Positions 1-16,756 of a DNA stretch of 64,000 nt are shown piece after piece. The position numbers and the translations under genes were made by a program. How positions within the stretch are numbered: position 1 is the first letter of the stretch; the number at the start of each line of letters is the position of its first letter. The DNA comes from the human T2T-CHM13v2.0 reference genome, Homo sapiens. The stretch lies in the NCBI RefSeq assembly GCF_009914755.1, contig NC_060936.1, one strand, 5' to 3'. Below the pieces are notes generated by a model. It ran no database searches. It saw nothing but the letters and a program-made list of their open reading frames with translations, and was not told the origin of the DNA.

Positions 1-15
1 ATTATTGCCTTAGGG

Positions 16-340
16 CAGGGTTAGCAAACTATAGCTAGCCCCTGGGTATCTACCTGTTTTTGTATGGCTCATGAGCAAAGATTGGTGTTTACATTTAAAA
101 ATAGTTTAAACAAAATAATGTTTTGTGATAGATGAATGAAAATTATATGAAATGGAAATCTCAGTGTTAATAAAGTTTTATTGGAACACAGCCACATTAA
201 TTCATTTACATATTGTCTGACTACTTTTGTGCTGCACTAGCTGAGTTGAGTTTTTTGTAGGAGAGACCTTTTGTGGCCCACGAAACCTAAAATATTTATA
301 ATCTGGCCTTTTATTATAGAAAAAGTTTGTTGAGCCTTCT
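16..340. mobile_element. MER58-like hAT DNA transposon fossil
   Basis: Starts CAGGGTTAGCAAACT, ends AGAAAAAGTTTGTTGAGCC; internal AATAAAGTTTTATTGGAACACAGCCAC. Confidence 0.7.
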
Positions 341-424
341 TTAGAGTGTTATGAGCACTGACTTTTTATGACCTCAATCACACATGCAGTTTCCTTAAAT
401 TCCTTATTATATGTTTAAAAGTTA

Positions 425-723
<299 letters not shown>

Positions 724-857
724 GAAGTTAAATTTTAAGTGGCTGTATAAAGGATTATGATGATGCCTACCTTGAATGGTAAACTTTTAGATGTAACTTT
801 TCAGTTATTTCTGCTGAAAAATGCTAAAGTGATGTGCTATTCTATTGAAAGCCAAGT

Positions 858-1240
858 GTATTGATTTGCTAGGCCTGCCATAAAGTACTGCAGACTGGGT
901 GGCTTAAATGACAGAAATGTATTTTCTCACAGTTCTGGAGGCTAGAGTTTCAAGATCAACATGTCAGCAGGTTTGGTTTCTCCTATCACCCCTCTCCTTG
1001 GCTTGCAATTGTTGCCTTCTCTCTGTCCTCACAGGGCCTTTCCTCTGGGCATGTATTCCTCCCTGGTGTCTCTTCTTACAAGGACATCAGTCATAGTGGA
1101 TTAGGCCCCCCCACCTTGTAACTTCATTTAACCTTGATTACCTCTCTAAAGCCTCTATTTCCAAATACAGTCTCATTGTAAAGTACTGGGGGTTAGGACT
1201 TAACATATGAATTTTGAGAGGCTACAATCAGTGCACACCG
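858..1240. mobile_element. MLT1-family (MaLR) solo LTR
   Basis: GGGTGGCTTAAA...CAGAAATGTATTTTCTCACAGTTCTGGAGGCTAG and AGGACTTAACATATGAATTTTG motifs. Confidence 0.75.
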
Positions 1241-1269
1241 CCAGGGAATTTCTGATAGAAACTTCATTT

Positions 1270-2070
1270 GTTTACACATTAAGCAGATCTTGAGGGTGTG
1301 TACTGTGTGACAGATCCTGTTTTACGTATGTATGTGTGTGTACTATGTGACAGATCCTGTTTTAGATACATATGGTGAACGAGACAAACAAGATTTGACA
1401 CTTAAGAGGCTGGTGGTTTAGTTGAGAAAGACAGATAATTAATAGGAAAATAAATATTTGAGAGAGTGATAAGGACTGTGAAGGAAATTAAACTGTGTCA
1501 AGTGTTAGAATGATTAGTGTGACGGGTCGTCAGGTAGGGGCTTCCTGAAAAGGTGACCTTTTACCTGGGAGCTTAAATGGTAAGGGATAACTAGCTAGTT
1601 AAGTTCCCAGGCATGTTTCTAGGGCCTGATGTTGATCAAGATTGGTATGGAAAAGGTTCAAAAGAATAGTGAGTCAATTAGGGAGCTTTATAAGTTGAGG
1701 TTGGAGAGGTTGGTGGGGCAAAATCATTAAGGGCCTTGTGGGAATTATGGTAAAGATTTGGCTTCCTTTTGCACAAGGAATAAAATCTGGAGGGATTTTA
1801 GCAGGGGAGTGACATGATTTTTCTGTTTGAAAGAGCACTTTGGCTGCTAAATAAAGAGAGGAAACTGCAGGTATGAGAGTAGAGGATAGGGAGGCCTGTT
1901 AGGGGATTATCAAAGTATTGTAGGTCAGAGATATTGGTGGTTTAGCTAAGATCATGGCAGGGAAGAGAAAAAGAAAGGGAAATAATTTGAGAGATATTTT
2001 GGGAGATAAAATCCATGTATTATTTACTAATGGATTAAGTATGGGGGCTTAGGAAGAGGGAGGAATATCT
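1270..2070 (-). mobile_element. L2 LINE fragment
   Basis: Purine-rich decayed sequence with GCAGGGGAGTGACATGAT and GGGAGGCCTGTTAGG motifs typical of antisense L2. Confidence 0.55.
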
Positions 2071-2702
2071 TTGGCAATAGTGTTGTGTAATACTGTCCAC
2101 TGTAGCAAGTGAACCTATAGTGTTAGCAAATCAGATAGATGATTGCTGCAGCAGCAAGTTACAGAATATAATTTGGAAAGGAAAAAAGCCTTCAATCATT
2201 AAATAGGAAAACAGAAGGCAGGTAAACAATGCTATGGTTTAATTATGTTCAACTTACAGGCTTATAACTACTAGACAACCAATGGGGAATTCATAGTTTG
2301 CCATAGAGAATGCCTTTGGGACACATAACCTGTTTGGAATGAAAAAGCCCTGGAGAGTATTGTAAAATAACAAATGTCAGGTTTGATGGAATGACTATGC
2401 ATGCAATTAAGTGATTTTCTTTAGTGCTAGAGTTCTTTTTTCTTAGGTAAATCATTTTAAAAAATGGACCAGACTTTGTGAAAGTAGATATGTTACATAA
2501 AATAATGTTAGCTAAAGATGAATGGAATAGGTTAAGAGTGTCTTCTTGAAAATTTGAACTATATCTCTTTCAAAAAGAATTTTATTACCTCTAGGCTGGA
2601 CTTGACTGAAAAGTTAAAAAAAAAAAAAGACAAAATCTTATGATTGTTGAACTCCCAATGAGGAGTCAGAGAATTGTGAGAGCCAGGGTCTGTTTTTTGT
2701 CA

Positions 2703-3002
2703 CTTTTCTCTCTCTCTTTTTTTAAGATAGCATCTTGCTATCTGCAGGCTGAAGTGCAGTGGTGCGATCACAGCTGCTTGCAGCTTTGAACTCTTAAGCT
2801 CAAGCGATCCTCCCACCTCAGTGTCCTGAGTAGTTGGGACTGCAGGTGCACACCACCACGCCTGGCTTATTTTTGCATTTTTTGTAGAGACGGAGTCTTG
2901 CCGTGTTGCCCAGGCTGGTCTTGAACTCCTGGGCTCAAGCCATCTGCCCACCTGGGCCTCCCAAAGTGCTGGGATTACAGGCGTGAGCCACTGTGCCCAG
3001 CT
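2703..3002 (-). mobile_element. Alu (J-like)
   Basis: Antisense dimer ending GTGAGCCACTGTGCCCAGC. Confidence 0.9.
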
Positions 3003-3139
3003 GCCACTTTTTTCTATGTTTAGAAATCTACCTCTGAGCCTTATTCCCCATCCATAAGGCAGGTAACCACTAGATGGCTAATTTTGAAAGAGCGAGAGCA
3101 TTCAGAGATGCACAGTAATTCTAAGTTCTGAGTAGAATA

Positions 3140-3464
3140 CAGTCATCCTTTGGTATCCATGGGGGATTGGTTCCAGGACCTCCCATGGATACCAAAATCT
3201 GTGGATGCTCAAGTTCCTGATAGAGAATGGCATAGCGTTTGCATATAACCTAAGCACATCTTCCTGTATATTGTAAATCATGTCTAGATTACTTGTAGTA
3301 CCAAATACAATGTAAATGCCCTGTAAATAGTTACTATACTGTATTGTTTAGGGAAAAAAGTCTACATGTTCAGAATAGATGTAATTTTAAAAATCTGGAT
3401 AATTTCCATCTGTTGTTGGTTGAATCCACAGATGCAGAACCCCATTGATATAGAGGGCTGACTG
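3140..3464. mobile_element. MER2 (Tigger-derived MITE)
   Basis: TA|CAGTCATCCTTTGGTATCCATGGGGGATTGGTTCCAGGACC ... GAGGGCTGACTG inverted ends. Confidence 0.85.
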
Positions 3465-3719
3465 AATACAAAAGCAAGGCAAGTGTGATAGCAGCCTTCT
3501 TTTACTTTAGGATTCAGGATTTACTTCTTTACTTCAGGATCAAATATTTTTACTTTTCGATTTTATTTTTTTGTTTGTGAAGAGTTGGGAGTTGCTGGGT
3601 TTAGTTATGCTACTCTCTTTTTAAGGGAGAATATAGCAGTCCTAGAGGGATTTGCAAACTATAGCTCTTGGGGAAACATTCAAAATTTTCCTTGTGTAAG
3701 AAATTTTATGAGTCTCGAG

Positions 3720-4293
3720 GGCCGGATGTGGTTGCTCATGCCTGTAGTCCCAGCATTTTGAGAGGCCAAGGCTGGAGGATCTCTTGAGGTCAGGGGTTTG
3801 AGACTGGCCTGGCCAGCATGGTGAAACCCCATCTCTACCAAAAAAAAAAAAAAACAAAACAAAGCAGTGAGCCAAGATTGTGCCACTGCACTCCAGCCTG
3901 GGTAACAGAGACGCTGTCTAAAAAAAAAAAAAAAAAAAGAAATTCTATGAGTCTTAAATTACATCAAGTAGCTTTGGAGGCAATAGTTTAAATTCTCTAA
4001 AATACTGGGCACATTAGCTCATGCCTGTAAGCACTTTGGGAGGCTGAGATGGGAGGATCACTTGAGGCCAGTAGTTCAAAACCAGCCTGGGCAACAGAGT
4101 GAGACTCCAGTGCTACAAAAAATTAAAAATTAGCTGGGTGTGGTGGGCACACGCCTGTAGTCTAAGCTTCTCTGGATGGAGGCTGAGGCGGGAGGATTGC
4201 TTGGGCACAGAAATTCAAGGTTACAGTGAGCTGTGATTGTGCCACTGCACTCCAGAGTGAGACCCTATCTCTAAAAATATTAAATTAAAAAAA
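3720..4293 (+). mobile_element. Two sense Alus (3720-3938 internally deleted; ~4005-4293 J-like)
   Basis: The first jumps from the linker to GCAGTGAGCC and is flanked by AGAAATT(T/C)TATGAGTCT. Confidence 0.9.
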
Positions 4294-4721
4294 ACCCATA
4301 CAACTCAAATTTCCAGGTACTGTTATTAATATGAGTTATCTTGAACTGTTGAAAAATTAATCACTTATTGTTGATTTCTATCTGCATATTAAAGATCTGG
4401 CTTAAGAGTCTTGCATTTGATGAATAGGCTTTTCTATGTTATATACAAGAAAAAGGAGATAAAATAATTTAACTTTTTTATTACATTAAAAAACAGGACT
4501 CTGGGAATTGTCACTTTATGATCAGCCTTATATTTTTTCCAGACTGTGTCATTGTGTATGCCTGTGCCACCCAACGGATGAGACCACTGATCATGTTTAG
4601 CTCAAATTTATGTTGGATAGAGGTTATAGGATGGTCCTTATCTGAATGCAGAAAGGAATGTTTATTTTGCTGTTATGTTTTATATGGGATAAAATGCTTG
4701 AAAAGTCTTTTTTTTTTCTGT

Positions 4722-5246
<525 letters not shown>

Positions 5247-5376
5247 ACTTGAAAATTCTTAAATGGTGCCTTATACTTTCTGGTAATAAAAGCACTATTT
5301 TAATGTTCGGAACTATTTTCATTATTTGCTAACCTTACAATTAAAAAATCCTTTTATATTTATCTTTGGATAGATA

Positions 5377-6553
5377 TGAGGGGACCTCAAAAAGTTTGTG
5401 GAAAAATGGAATTAAAAGATAAAAATACAAAATATAAACTTTATTCTCAATATAAGCTCTATCGAGTTCAAGAAAATTTTGTAAGCAATAATGCTAGCCA
5501 TTTAGTCCACTCCTAAAGAAGTCCTGTAACCATATCAGTATGTGCAGTCTTTTTTTTGCATTATTAATTAAAGAAAAATGGGTGCCCTTTAAATTTTTTT
5601 TTAAGGTTCGGAAACAAAAAGAAGTCAGAAGGAGCCAATCAGCACTGTTTGGTGGATGCCCAGTGATTTCCCATTGAAACCCTAGCAAAACTGCCCATTT
5701 GAGAGGAATGAGCAGGAACCTTGTGGTGGTGAAAGTCAACAAGATTCCTTGAGCATTCCAAAAAGCTTTTGTCATGACCTTCGCTCTTGATGGGTTTGCT
5801 TTTGCTCTAACTGGATCACTTTCATCTCTTGGTACCCATTGCTTTGTTTTTTTCTTTGTCTTCAGGATCACACTGGTAAAGTCATGTTTCATCTCCTGTT
5901 AAAATTTTTCAAAGAAATTCCACATGCTCTTGTTGCCACTTGTTTAAAATTTGCATTGAAGGCACTGCTTTTGTCTGTGGCCGATCTGAGCACAATGGTT
6001 TTAGTACCCATCAAGCAGAAAGTTTGTTCAACTTAAATTTTTTTGTTAGATTTGTATACGCTGAATGAATTTATATGTCTATGGTATTGGCTGTTGTTTG
6101 TGCTGTTAATCATTGGATCTCTACATTTAGGTTACAAACGGGATGAATTTTTTCCTAAAAAATTTATGTTGATAGTCTGCTACTGCAGGCTTCATCTTCA
6201 ATATCATCTTGTCCCTTCTTACAATGAATTATCCTATTTATAAACTGCTGATTTCTTAGGGGCATTGTTTCTATAAAGTTTTCGTAAAGCACCAGTGATT
6301 TTACCATTCTTCCACTCAAACTTCACCATAAATTTGATGTTTTGTTCTTGCTTCAATTTTAGCAGAATTCATGTTGCTCTGTTAGGGTGCTTTTCAAACC
6401 AATGTCTTATCCTTCTTAGTGCCTCAAACTACATCTTGTTCAGATGTGTTATAACAAGTTAGTACCAGCTTATTTTGGTGCAAAATTTTATTGAAATTCA
6501 TGCATAGTGTTTTCATAAAACATATGTTACACGAACTTTTTGAAGATCCCTTG
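5377..6553 (-). mobile_element. HSMAR2 mariner transposon, near full length, decayed transposase
   Basis: TA duplications (5375-5376, 6554-6555); TIRs TGAGGGGACCTCAAAAAGTT / AACTTTTTGAAGATCCCTTG; minus-strand MNSAKIEART at 6372 and KQWVPR...KVMTKAFWNAQGILL. Confidence 0.88.
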
Positions 6554-6679
6554 TACCTGTAGTCCAAAATTCAGAAGTTACTAAAGAATGTAAAATAAAA
6601 ATAAGTCTTCTTCCTATGCTTGTTTTCACTTACCCAGTTTCCTTCCTCATCTTCCTGATGGATTAAAAAAAAAATGACA

Positions 6680-8030
<1,351 letters not shown>

Positions 8031-8808
8031 CAATATATATATCACTTCATACAATTGGCTTTTCAAAATCAGTTAAGACAAAAGGTAAACATTTATATAA
8101 TTACAGGTACTCTTTCTTTTTTGTTGGGCGGTGGTGGGTGGTACGTGGATTTGAATTGCTGTTTGAGGTCACTTGCTTCCAGGCTTTTGCATTTCTTTTA
8201 AGGGGGATCTTCCAGGAACAAAATCTGTTTTATTGCTTTTTAAAATCTGAGAAGGTCTGTTTCGCCTTCAGTTTTGAAATGTAGTTTTGCTAGATATAAG
8301 ATTGGTTGACAGGTTTTTTTTTTCTTTTATTTGAACACTTTGATTATGTTATCTCATTGTTTTCTGTCTGCCATTGTTTCTGCTTAGAAGTCAGCTGCTA
8401 ATCTTACTGGGTTCCATTTTAAAACAATGAGTCGTTTGGTTCTTGCTGCTTTTAAGATTTTCTCCTTGACTTTGACTTTCAACATTTTTACTGTGAGGCA
8501 TCTGTCTGGATGTCCTTGCCTTTCTCTGAGTTAAAATACATTGAGTTTCCTGGATGTGTGGTTTATTGTCTTCAGTACATTTGTGGAGTTTTCAGCCATT
8601 ATTTCTTTGAATTTTTTTTCCCCTCTACCACTTTTTCTCCTCTCCTTTTAGAGTACCAAACTGTGCCTATTGGTGTCCCACATAGCTCTAAGATTTTCCA
8701 ATTTACTGTTGAGCCCCCCCACCCTTTATTTTTAAATTTCCATTATTGTAATTTTCAGCTTCATAATTTTTATTTGGTTCTTTTTTGTAGTTTACATCTC
8801 TTCATTGA

Positions 8809-9156
<348 letters not shown>

Positions 9157-9336
9157 TGCGTTTTACATTTAAGTCTATGATCCATTTTGAGTTAATTTTT
9201 GTATGAAGTGTGACCTAAATTTACAGGTTGAAGTTTTTTTTTTAAGTTTTTTGTCTATGGATGTTCAATTATTTCAGCACCATTTATTGAAAAGGTTATC
9301 CTTCCATTATTGAATTGCTTTGGATATTTGTAAACG

Positions 9337-10116
9337 TGTTTAGGGAAAAACTCTCCTCAAACTGTGTTTTTCCTCTACTGTCATACCACAGCAATAATCA
9401 ACACAGAAGAAGACTTCTGTGATCACACACATGGGGTTGTTTTCCCCACACACCAAGCAGCAGACAGCAGCCTGAGTGTCCTCTAATTCAGTTCGACACT
9501 ATCTCCGGGTCATTGGTGTCAGATCCCACAGGTTGAGGGCTCCGTACCTAAGACTACTCCCCTAACACACACACCAGTCATAAGTCGGGGCCTCCAGAAC
9601 TTCTGACCAACCAGCTTCAAGTTGGGGCTCCCATGGCCCCCTCTTTGGGTTCATTAATTTGCTGGACTGGCGCACAGAACTCAGGGAAACACTTATTTAC
9701 GCTTACTAGTTTATTATAAAGAATATTGCAAAGGTTACAGATGAAGGGACGTGCAGGGCTACGTATGGGGGAAGGGGTGTGAAACTTTCATGTCCTCCCT
9801 GGATGCTCCACCCACCAGGAACCTCTGTGTGTTCAGCTGTCTTGAAGTTCACTGAACCCTGTCCTCTTGGGTTTTTATGGAAGCTTCATGACATCAACAT
9901 TCCTACCCCAAGGGCATAGATGGGACCCTACATGAGAGAGTCTTAAGACCCGCAATCAAAAAGTCAGGGGAACATTAAGTGTGGAAAGCAGGCAGGAGAA
10001 AGAGGCCTGCCTCTGAGGCCTAACACTTCCAACATTATAATGAAAGACTGGAATAAAGGCTATGGGAGTTAAGGCCAGGAACCATGGAAGAAGACCAATA
10101 GATATCATAGCACCAC
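9337..10116 (-). mobile_element. MER21-family LTR nested in L1
   Basis: TCAGATCCCACAGGTTGAGGGCT, ACAGAACTCAGGGAAACACTT, GGGTTTTTATGGAAGCTTCAT; paralogous to the 54.5-55.3 kb element. Confidence 0.7.
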
Positions 10117-10441
10117 AATAAAATAACAGGCATACTTGTGTGGGTCATTTCTGGGTTCTCTGTTCTGTTCTGTTACTCTATGTGTGTATTCTTTTGCTCA
10201 TACCAACACAGTCTTGACTAGCTATGTAGTTGGCCTTCAGTGAGGTCTTTTTCGATTGTTTTAGCTATTTTGGAGCTTTGCCTTCCATGTAAGTTTTATA
10301 ATGAGTTTTTATCTACAGAAATCCTTGCTGGGATCTTGATAGGAATTGTATTAACCTATAGAACAATTTGGACAGAATTGACATCTTTACTGAGTCAGTA
10401 TATTGCTGAGAACATAGTATAACATATTGCTATTTGTTTAG

Positions 10442-11192
<751 letters not shown>

Positions 11193-12116
11193 AAGTGATT
11201 GATATTTGAGTGTTGATCTTGAATTCTTCCTGAACTCATTATTTCTAGAATTTTTTTTTGTAGATCCTCAGTAACATTTTAAGATTTGTTTTGAAGTGTT
11301 TTATCTTTTTTCTATTGTGATGTATTCTTATTTCATAATGACCAAATATTGTGGGGTTTTAGGATGAAGGCTGTTGAAATCCATATATCAATTTTATGCC
11401 CCATCACATTGATGATTTTTCTTATTTATAATTTTTTCTTTAGTTGATTCTCCTGGATTTTATAGATAAAAGAGTCATATAATCTGCAAATAGTTACAGT
11501 TTACCTTTTTTTCCCCCAATTTTTATACTCATTTTTTTCCCTCATTTAATTATCTAAGACTTCCAAGATAGAGTTAAATAATGCTGGTAATACCATTTTC
11601 TGGCTTTAGACTCTTAGACTTGTTTGCTTTTTTTTTTTTTCTTCAAGGCATTGCATGCTAGTAGGAGTTCATTTTATTTCAGTAGGTAGAATGCAAATAG
11701 AGTAAAACATATAGTAAATTTCAGTTCTCTAGTGTGTTCTAGTATTGGGGTGTTCTGTTTTGTTAAATTTATGGGAACCTGAAGGTTGACATAAATACTT
11801 TTACTTCAACAGTTCTACTGTTGAAAGTCAATATTATAGGCCTTCCTGCTTTCTGTAGAGTGGCCAATATTTGATTTCTTTGTAGATTTTGCAGCACTTT
11901 ATTTTCTTCATTCTTATTTTATCATACTTGTCAATTTAGAAAACAGTATTGATAGGAATGTATATTGATCTCAGGACTTTACTGGAGAGTTGATTTTCTT
12001 CTTTTTATTTTAAGGAGGATCCTTAAAAATTATTGGGGAACTCTTATTTGTTGTCATTTGATTTCTTCTTCTGAGATGAGGATTACAAAACAATTCTAAC
12101 TAATGGAGCTTTTCAG

Positions 12117-13014
<898 letters not shown>

Positions 13015-14959
13015 TAGTGTGGTGATATTTCAAGAACACTTTACAAAGCTTTATTCTACTTGCTACAGCTTCAGCATCAAGATCCTGACTCTGTAGTTTT
13101 CTTGTGATATAAACCAACTACATTTAGGGTTCATTTTCTTATCTTTTACTCACCCCAGTCTTAATTTTGTTGCACAGTGGAAAGCACATGAACTTCATGA
13201 GGTTCAGAAACTGGGTATAACACAGCTGCTTCTCTTTGAATCCTAATGACCTTGAATAAGTTATCCAAACTCTAATCCTCAAAATGGAGGATAATAATAC
13301 CTCAGAAGGCTATATTTAAAGATGCTGTGAAGTACCACATGTAAATTATCTGGTACAGAATTTACCTTTGTTGATTCTCAGTAAATGTTTGCTGCCTCTC
13401 CCCTGAAACAAAATGAAATGGTGTGTGTGAATAGCTTTGTGAGCTTTAAATAATATAATTAAATAGAAGCCATTATTCTGTTTCCTCTTTCAGAAATGGG
13501 CATTAATAACATAATTTATAATCTCAATAGTATCATGTGCTTGGCCCAGGTACATGCCCAGGTTTGGTATTCTTTAGATTTTTGTTTCTTCTTGCCCTAC
13601 ATACTTCGAAAGCCCTTGGAGAAATCCTACAGCAAATTCACATGATTTATGAAACCAACAGTTGACTAATTCTTACTCTGTTTCTTTGACTAATTCTTAG
13701 TCTATGTATCCACATATATGAAACTAAATCCACCTGTTACCTTCTTTTTATGGTATCTGGGTTCTCCTACTTTGCCCTACTCCTTTCCCCACTAAGAACC
13801 TTGAACCTCATGGAATTTATTAGCTAGCATATACCCTGGTCTCTTCCTGTTTTGGTATTTCTGGTTGGATTGACTGTGATAATCCTTATTGGATATTCAA
13901 CTAATTGTCTAAAATAAGCTTACATATCATGAGTTAAGAGGTATAGTGCCAAGGACTTGAAAAGCTTGAACTCCTAGGACTTACTTGCTGCAGTCCAGTT
14001 TAGAGAGAAATTAATGATTTCTGAAAATGTTCTTAGCACTCAAGAGCATTGAGATATTATCAAATATTCATTAAACATTTGTGTGCGTAGCACTTTCTGG
14101 GAACCCAGATGGATGTAAAACGTGTATGCTTTGGTCCTGAGTTTCTTCCTTCCAGGGTAGTCTAGTTAGAGTTCAGAATAACTCAAAAAAGTTGAAATGT
14201 AAGACATTAAGCCTTTTGAATACAAAATATTATGGATAATATGTGCTTATAAATTTGAAGACTTTGTCCTGTTTATTTTTTATAAAGTATGGTGAATTTT
14301 GTTTTCCTTTACCTGTGAACTAGAAATAAAAATACCCTGTGGGGTCATTGTGATGTTTAAATGAGATTGGATATGTAAAGCCCAGTTATAATATATAAAC
14401 TTACATATATTCTTTCTAATACATACAATTAGTATTTAGAATTCTAATTTCTAATTGTATACTATTTTTTAAATTAAACAAGTAATATGATACATGGTTA
14501 AAAAAAATGCAGGCAGAACAAAGTAAGTATTCTTCTCACTTCAGACCCGAGGTTCTTCCATATGTTCTTCTGTACCAAGAGTATGGTTTTAAATATTTTT
14601 CATTAATTATTCTAGAACATATGCACTTACATATACTTACATATTTTTATAACATATAAGTGGGAACATATTATTCATGTTGTCTTGTATCCTGTGTTTT
14701 TCATTTAAAAAGAGATTTTTGGCTATATTCCCTGTCAACAAATATAGCTTTTAAGTACATTATTCTTTTATTATTGATTGCTGAGTATTCTGTCGTTTGG
14801 ATATGTGATAATATAACTGATATTTTCCCCAGCACTCCTTTAATGCATTTTTTCAAAACTTTCATCTTCTTAGGATCAACTCACTATCCTGAAGGTCCAT
14901 TCTCCCAAGAAGAGGGGACAGAAAGACAGATCTATTTGTAAGAAAGGCTTGGGTATCCC

Positions 14960-15130
14960 ATGAACGAGCCAACAGAAAACCGATTGGGGTGCAGCAGGAC
15001 TCCAGAGCCAGATATAAGGCTCAGAAAAGGGCACCAACTGGATGGTACACGAAGAGGTGATAATGACAGCCACCAAGGAGATTTGGAGCCCATTTTAGAG
15101 GCATCTGTTCTATCTTCCCATCATAAAAAA
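14960..15130 (+). CDS. ADIPOR2: Adiponectin receptor 2, first coding exon (exon 2 = 14874-15130, of which 86 nt is 5' UTR); codons 1-57
   Basis: Translates MNEPTENRLGCSRTPEPDIRLRKGHQLDG...SSHHKK; acceptor ttcttAG at 14872-14873; donor GTAAGT at 15131; in-frame TAA upstream at 14939-14941. Confidence 0.97.
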
Positions 15131-15302
15131 GTAAGTCAAATTGGAAGAATGATAAACAAAGGAAAAAATGTGGAGGAAGTGGCAGAGGGAGGATATGGGG
15201 AAAAAAAAGTGGGGGTCCATTGCTGGAGGGAGGATGGGGTGGTAAGAAGGAAACTTGCACATTTGTATTTTTTTCTTCTGGATAACTTGAAGTCTCTTAT
15301 CT

Positions 15303-15315
15303 TTATTATTATTAT

Positions 15316-15371
<56 letters not shown>

Positions 15372-15682
15372 TTGAGACGGAGTCTCGCTCTGTCACCCAG
15401 GCGGAGTGCAGTAGCATGATCTCGGCTCGCTGCAACCTCCGCCTCCTGGGTTCAAGCGATTCTCCTGCCTCTACCTTCCAGGTTCAAGTGATTATCCTGC
15501 CTCAGCCTCCCGAGTAGCTGGGATTACAGGCACCTGCCACCACGCCTGGCTACTTTTTGTATTTTTAGTAGAGATGGAGTTTCACCATGTTGGCCAGGAT
15601 GGTCTCCATCTCAACCTCCTTATCCACCTGCCTCAACCTCCCAGAGTGCTGGGATTATAGACGTGAACGACTGCGCCCGGCC
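15303..15682 (-). mobile_element. Antisense Alu with microsatellite tail
   Basis: GAGACGGAGTCTCGCTC...GCGCCCGGCC preceded by (ATT)4(ACT)18. Confidence 0.92.
15305..15370. repeat. (ATT)4(ACT)18 microsatellite
   Basis: Direct count. Confidence 0.95.
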
Positions 15683-16444
15683 TCTGCTGACTCTTAAAAG
15701 CGTACTTAACCTGCTTTATCTTGTTGAAGGGAGAAGACGTGGTCTATGGGTACCATATAATCTAATTTAACCATACTTTAGCTATGACGTTATCTGTTAT
15801 TTTTGGAGAAATTCGAATTGCGTGTTAGAGCTACTTTTCCAGAAATTGTTTACCTCCAGTGTATACCTTGGGAGTCAGTAGAGTTCTGAAAGCTGAAGCA
15901 GATTTTATTCTTTCATTTCCTAGAGAAAAGAGCAACCTTTAGGCAACTATACCTATAGAGCAGAAGTATCAGAAAGTCATTGTTACAGACATTTTGCTAT
16001 GTGCTTTGGAACTTCCAAATTATATAGCATGTGTTTAATGTTTTATTACTAGTACAGTGTTTCTCAAACTTTGGGTTGTACCTATTAGTGGGTTTTGAAA
16101 TTAATTGTATTATAAAGTGTTAAAAATTAAAGATCAAAATAGAATAAAAACATTGAAGTGTGTATATAGTAAGTAATACACATTTAAATTGTTTTAGTTT
16201 TATATAGTTATGTATATAAATATGAATAATAATATGAAATACATTTCTTACTACGGGTTGTGGTTAACATTTTGAAAGCTTCTACTGGGAACAGCAGCTG
16301 GGGGAAGAGTGTTTCAAGGTAGAGGAAACAAGCTAGTGCCAAGGTCCAAAGGTGGGAATATGCTTATCTTCCTTGCCTTCCCCTCCTGCCTCCCACCACC
16401 ACCTGCGCCTGCTTGTATCATCTTTCTCTTCTTTCATCTTCTCC

Positions 16445-16756
<312 letters not shown>

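Noticed and set aside
1588-1601. 14-bp perfect palindrome TAACTAGCTAGTTA
   Set aside because: Isolated in a decayed L2; compatible with chance in 64 kb.
5494-5892. 132-aa transposase-like ORF
   Set aside because: A frameshifted HSMAR2 fragment lacking a complete catalytic domain.
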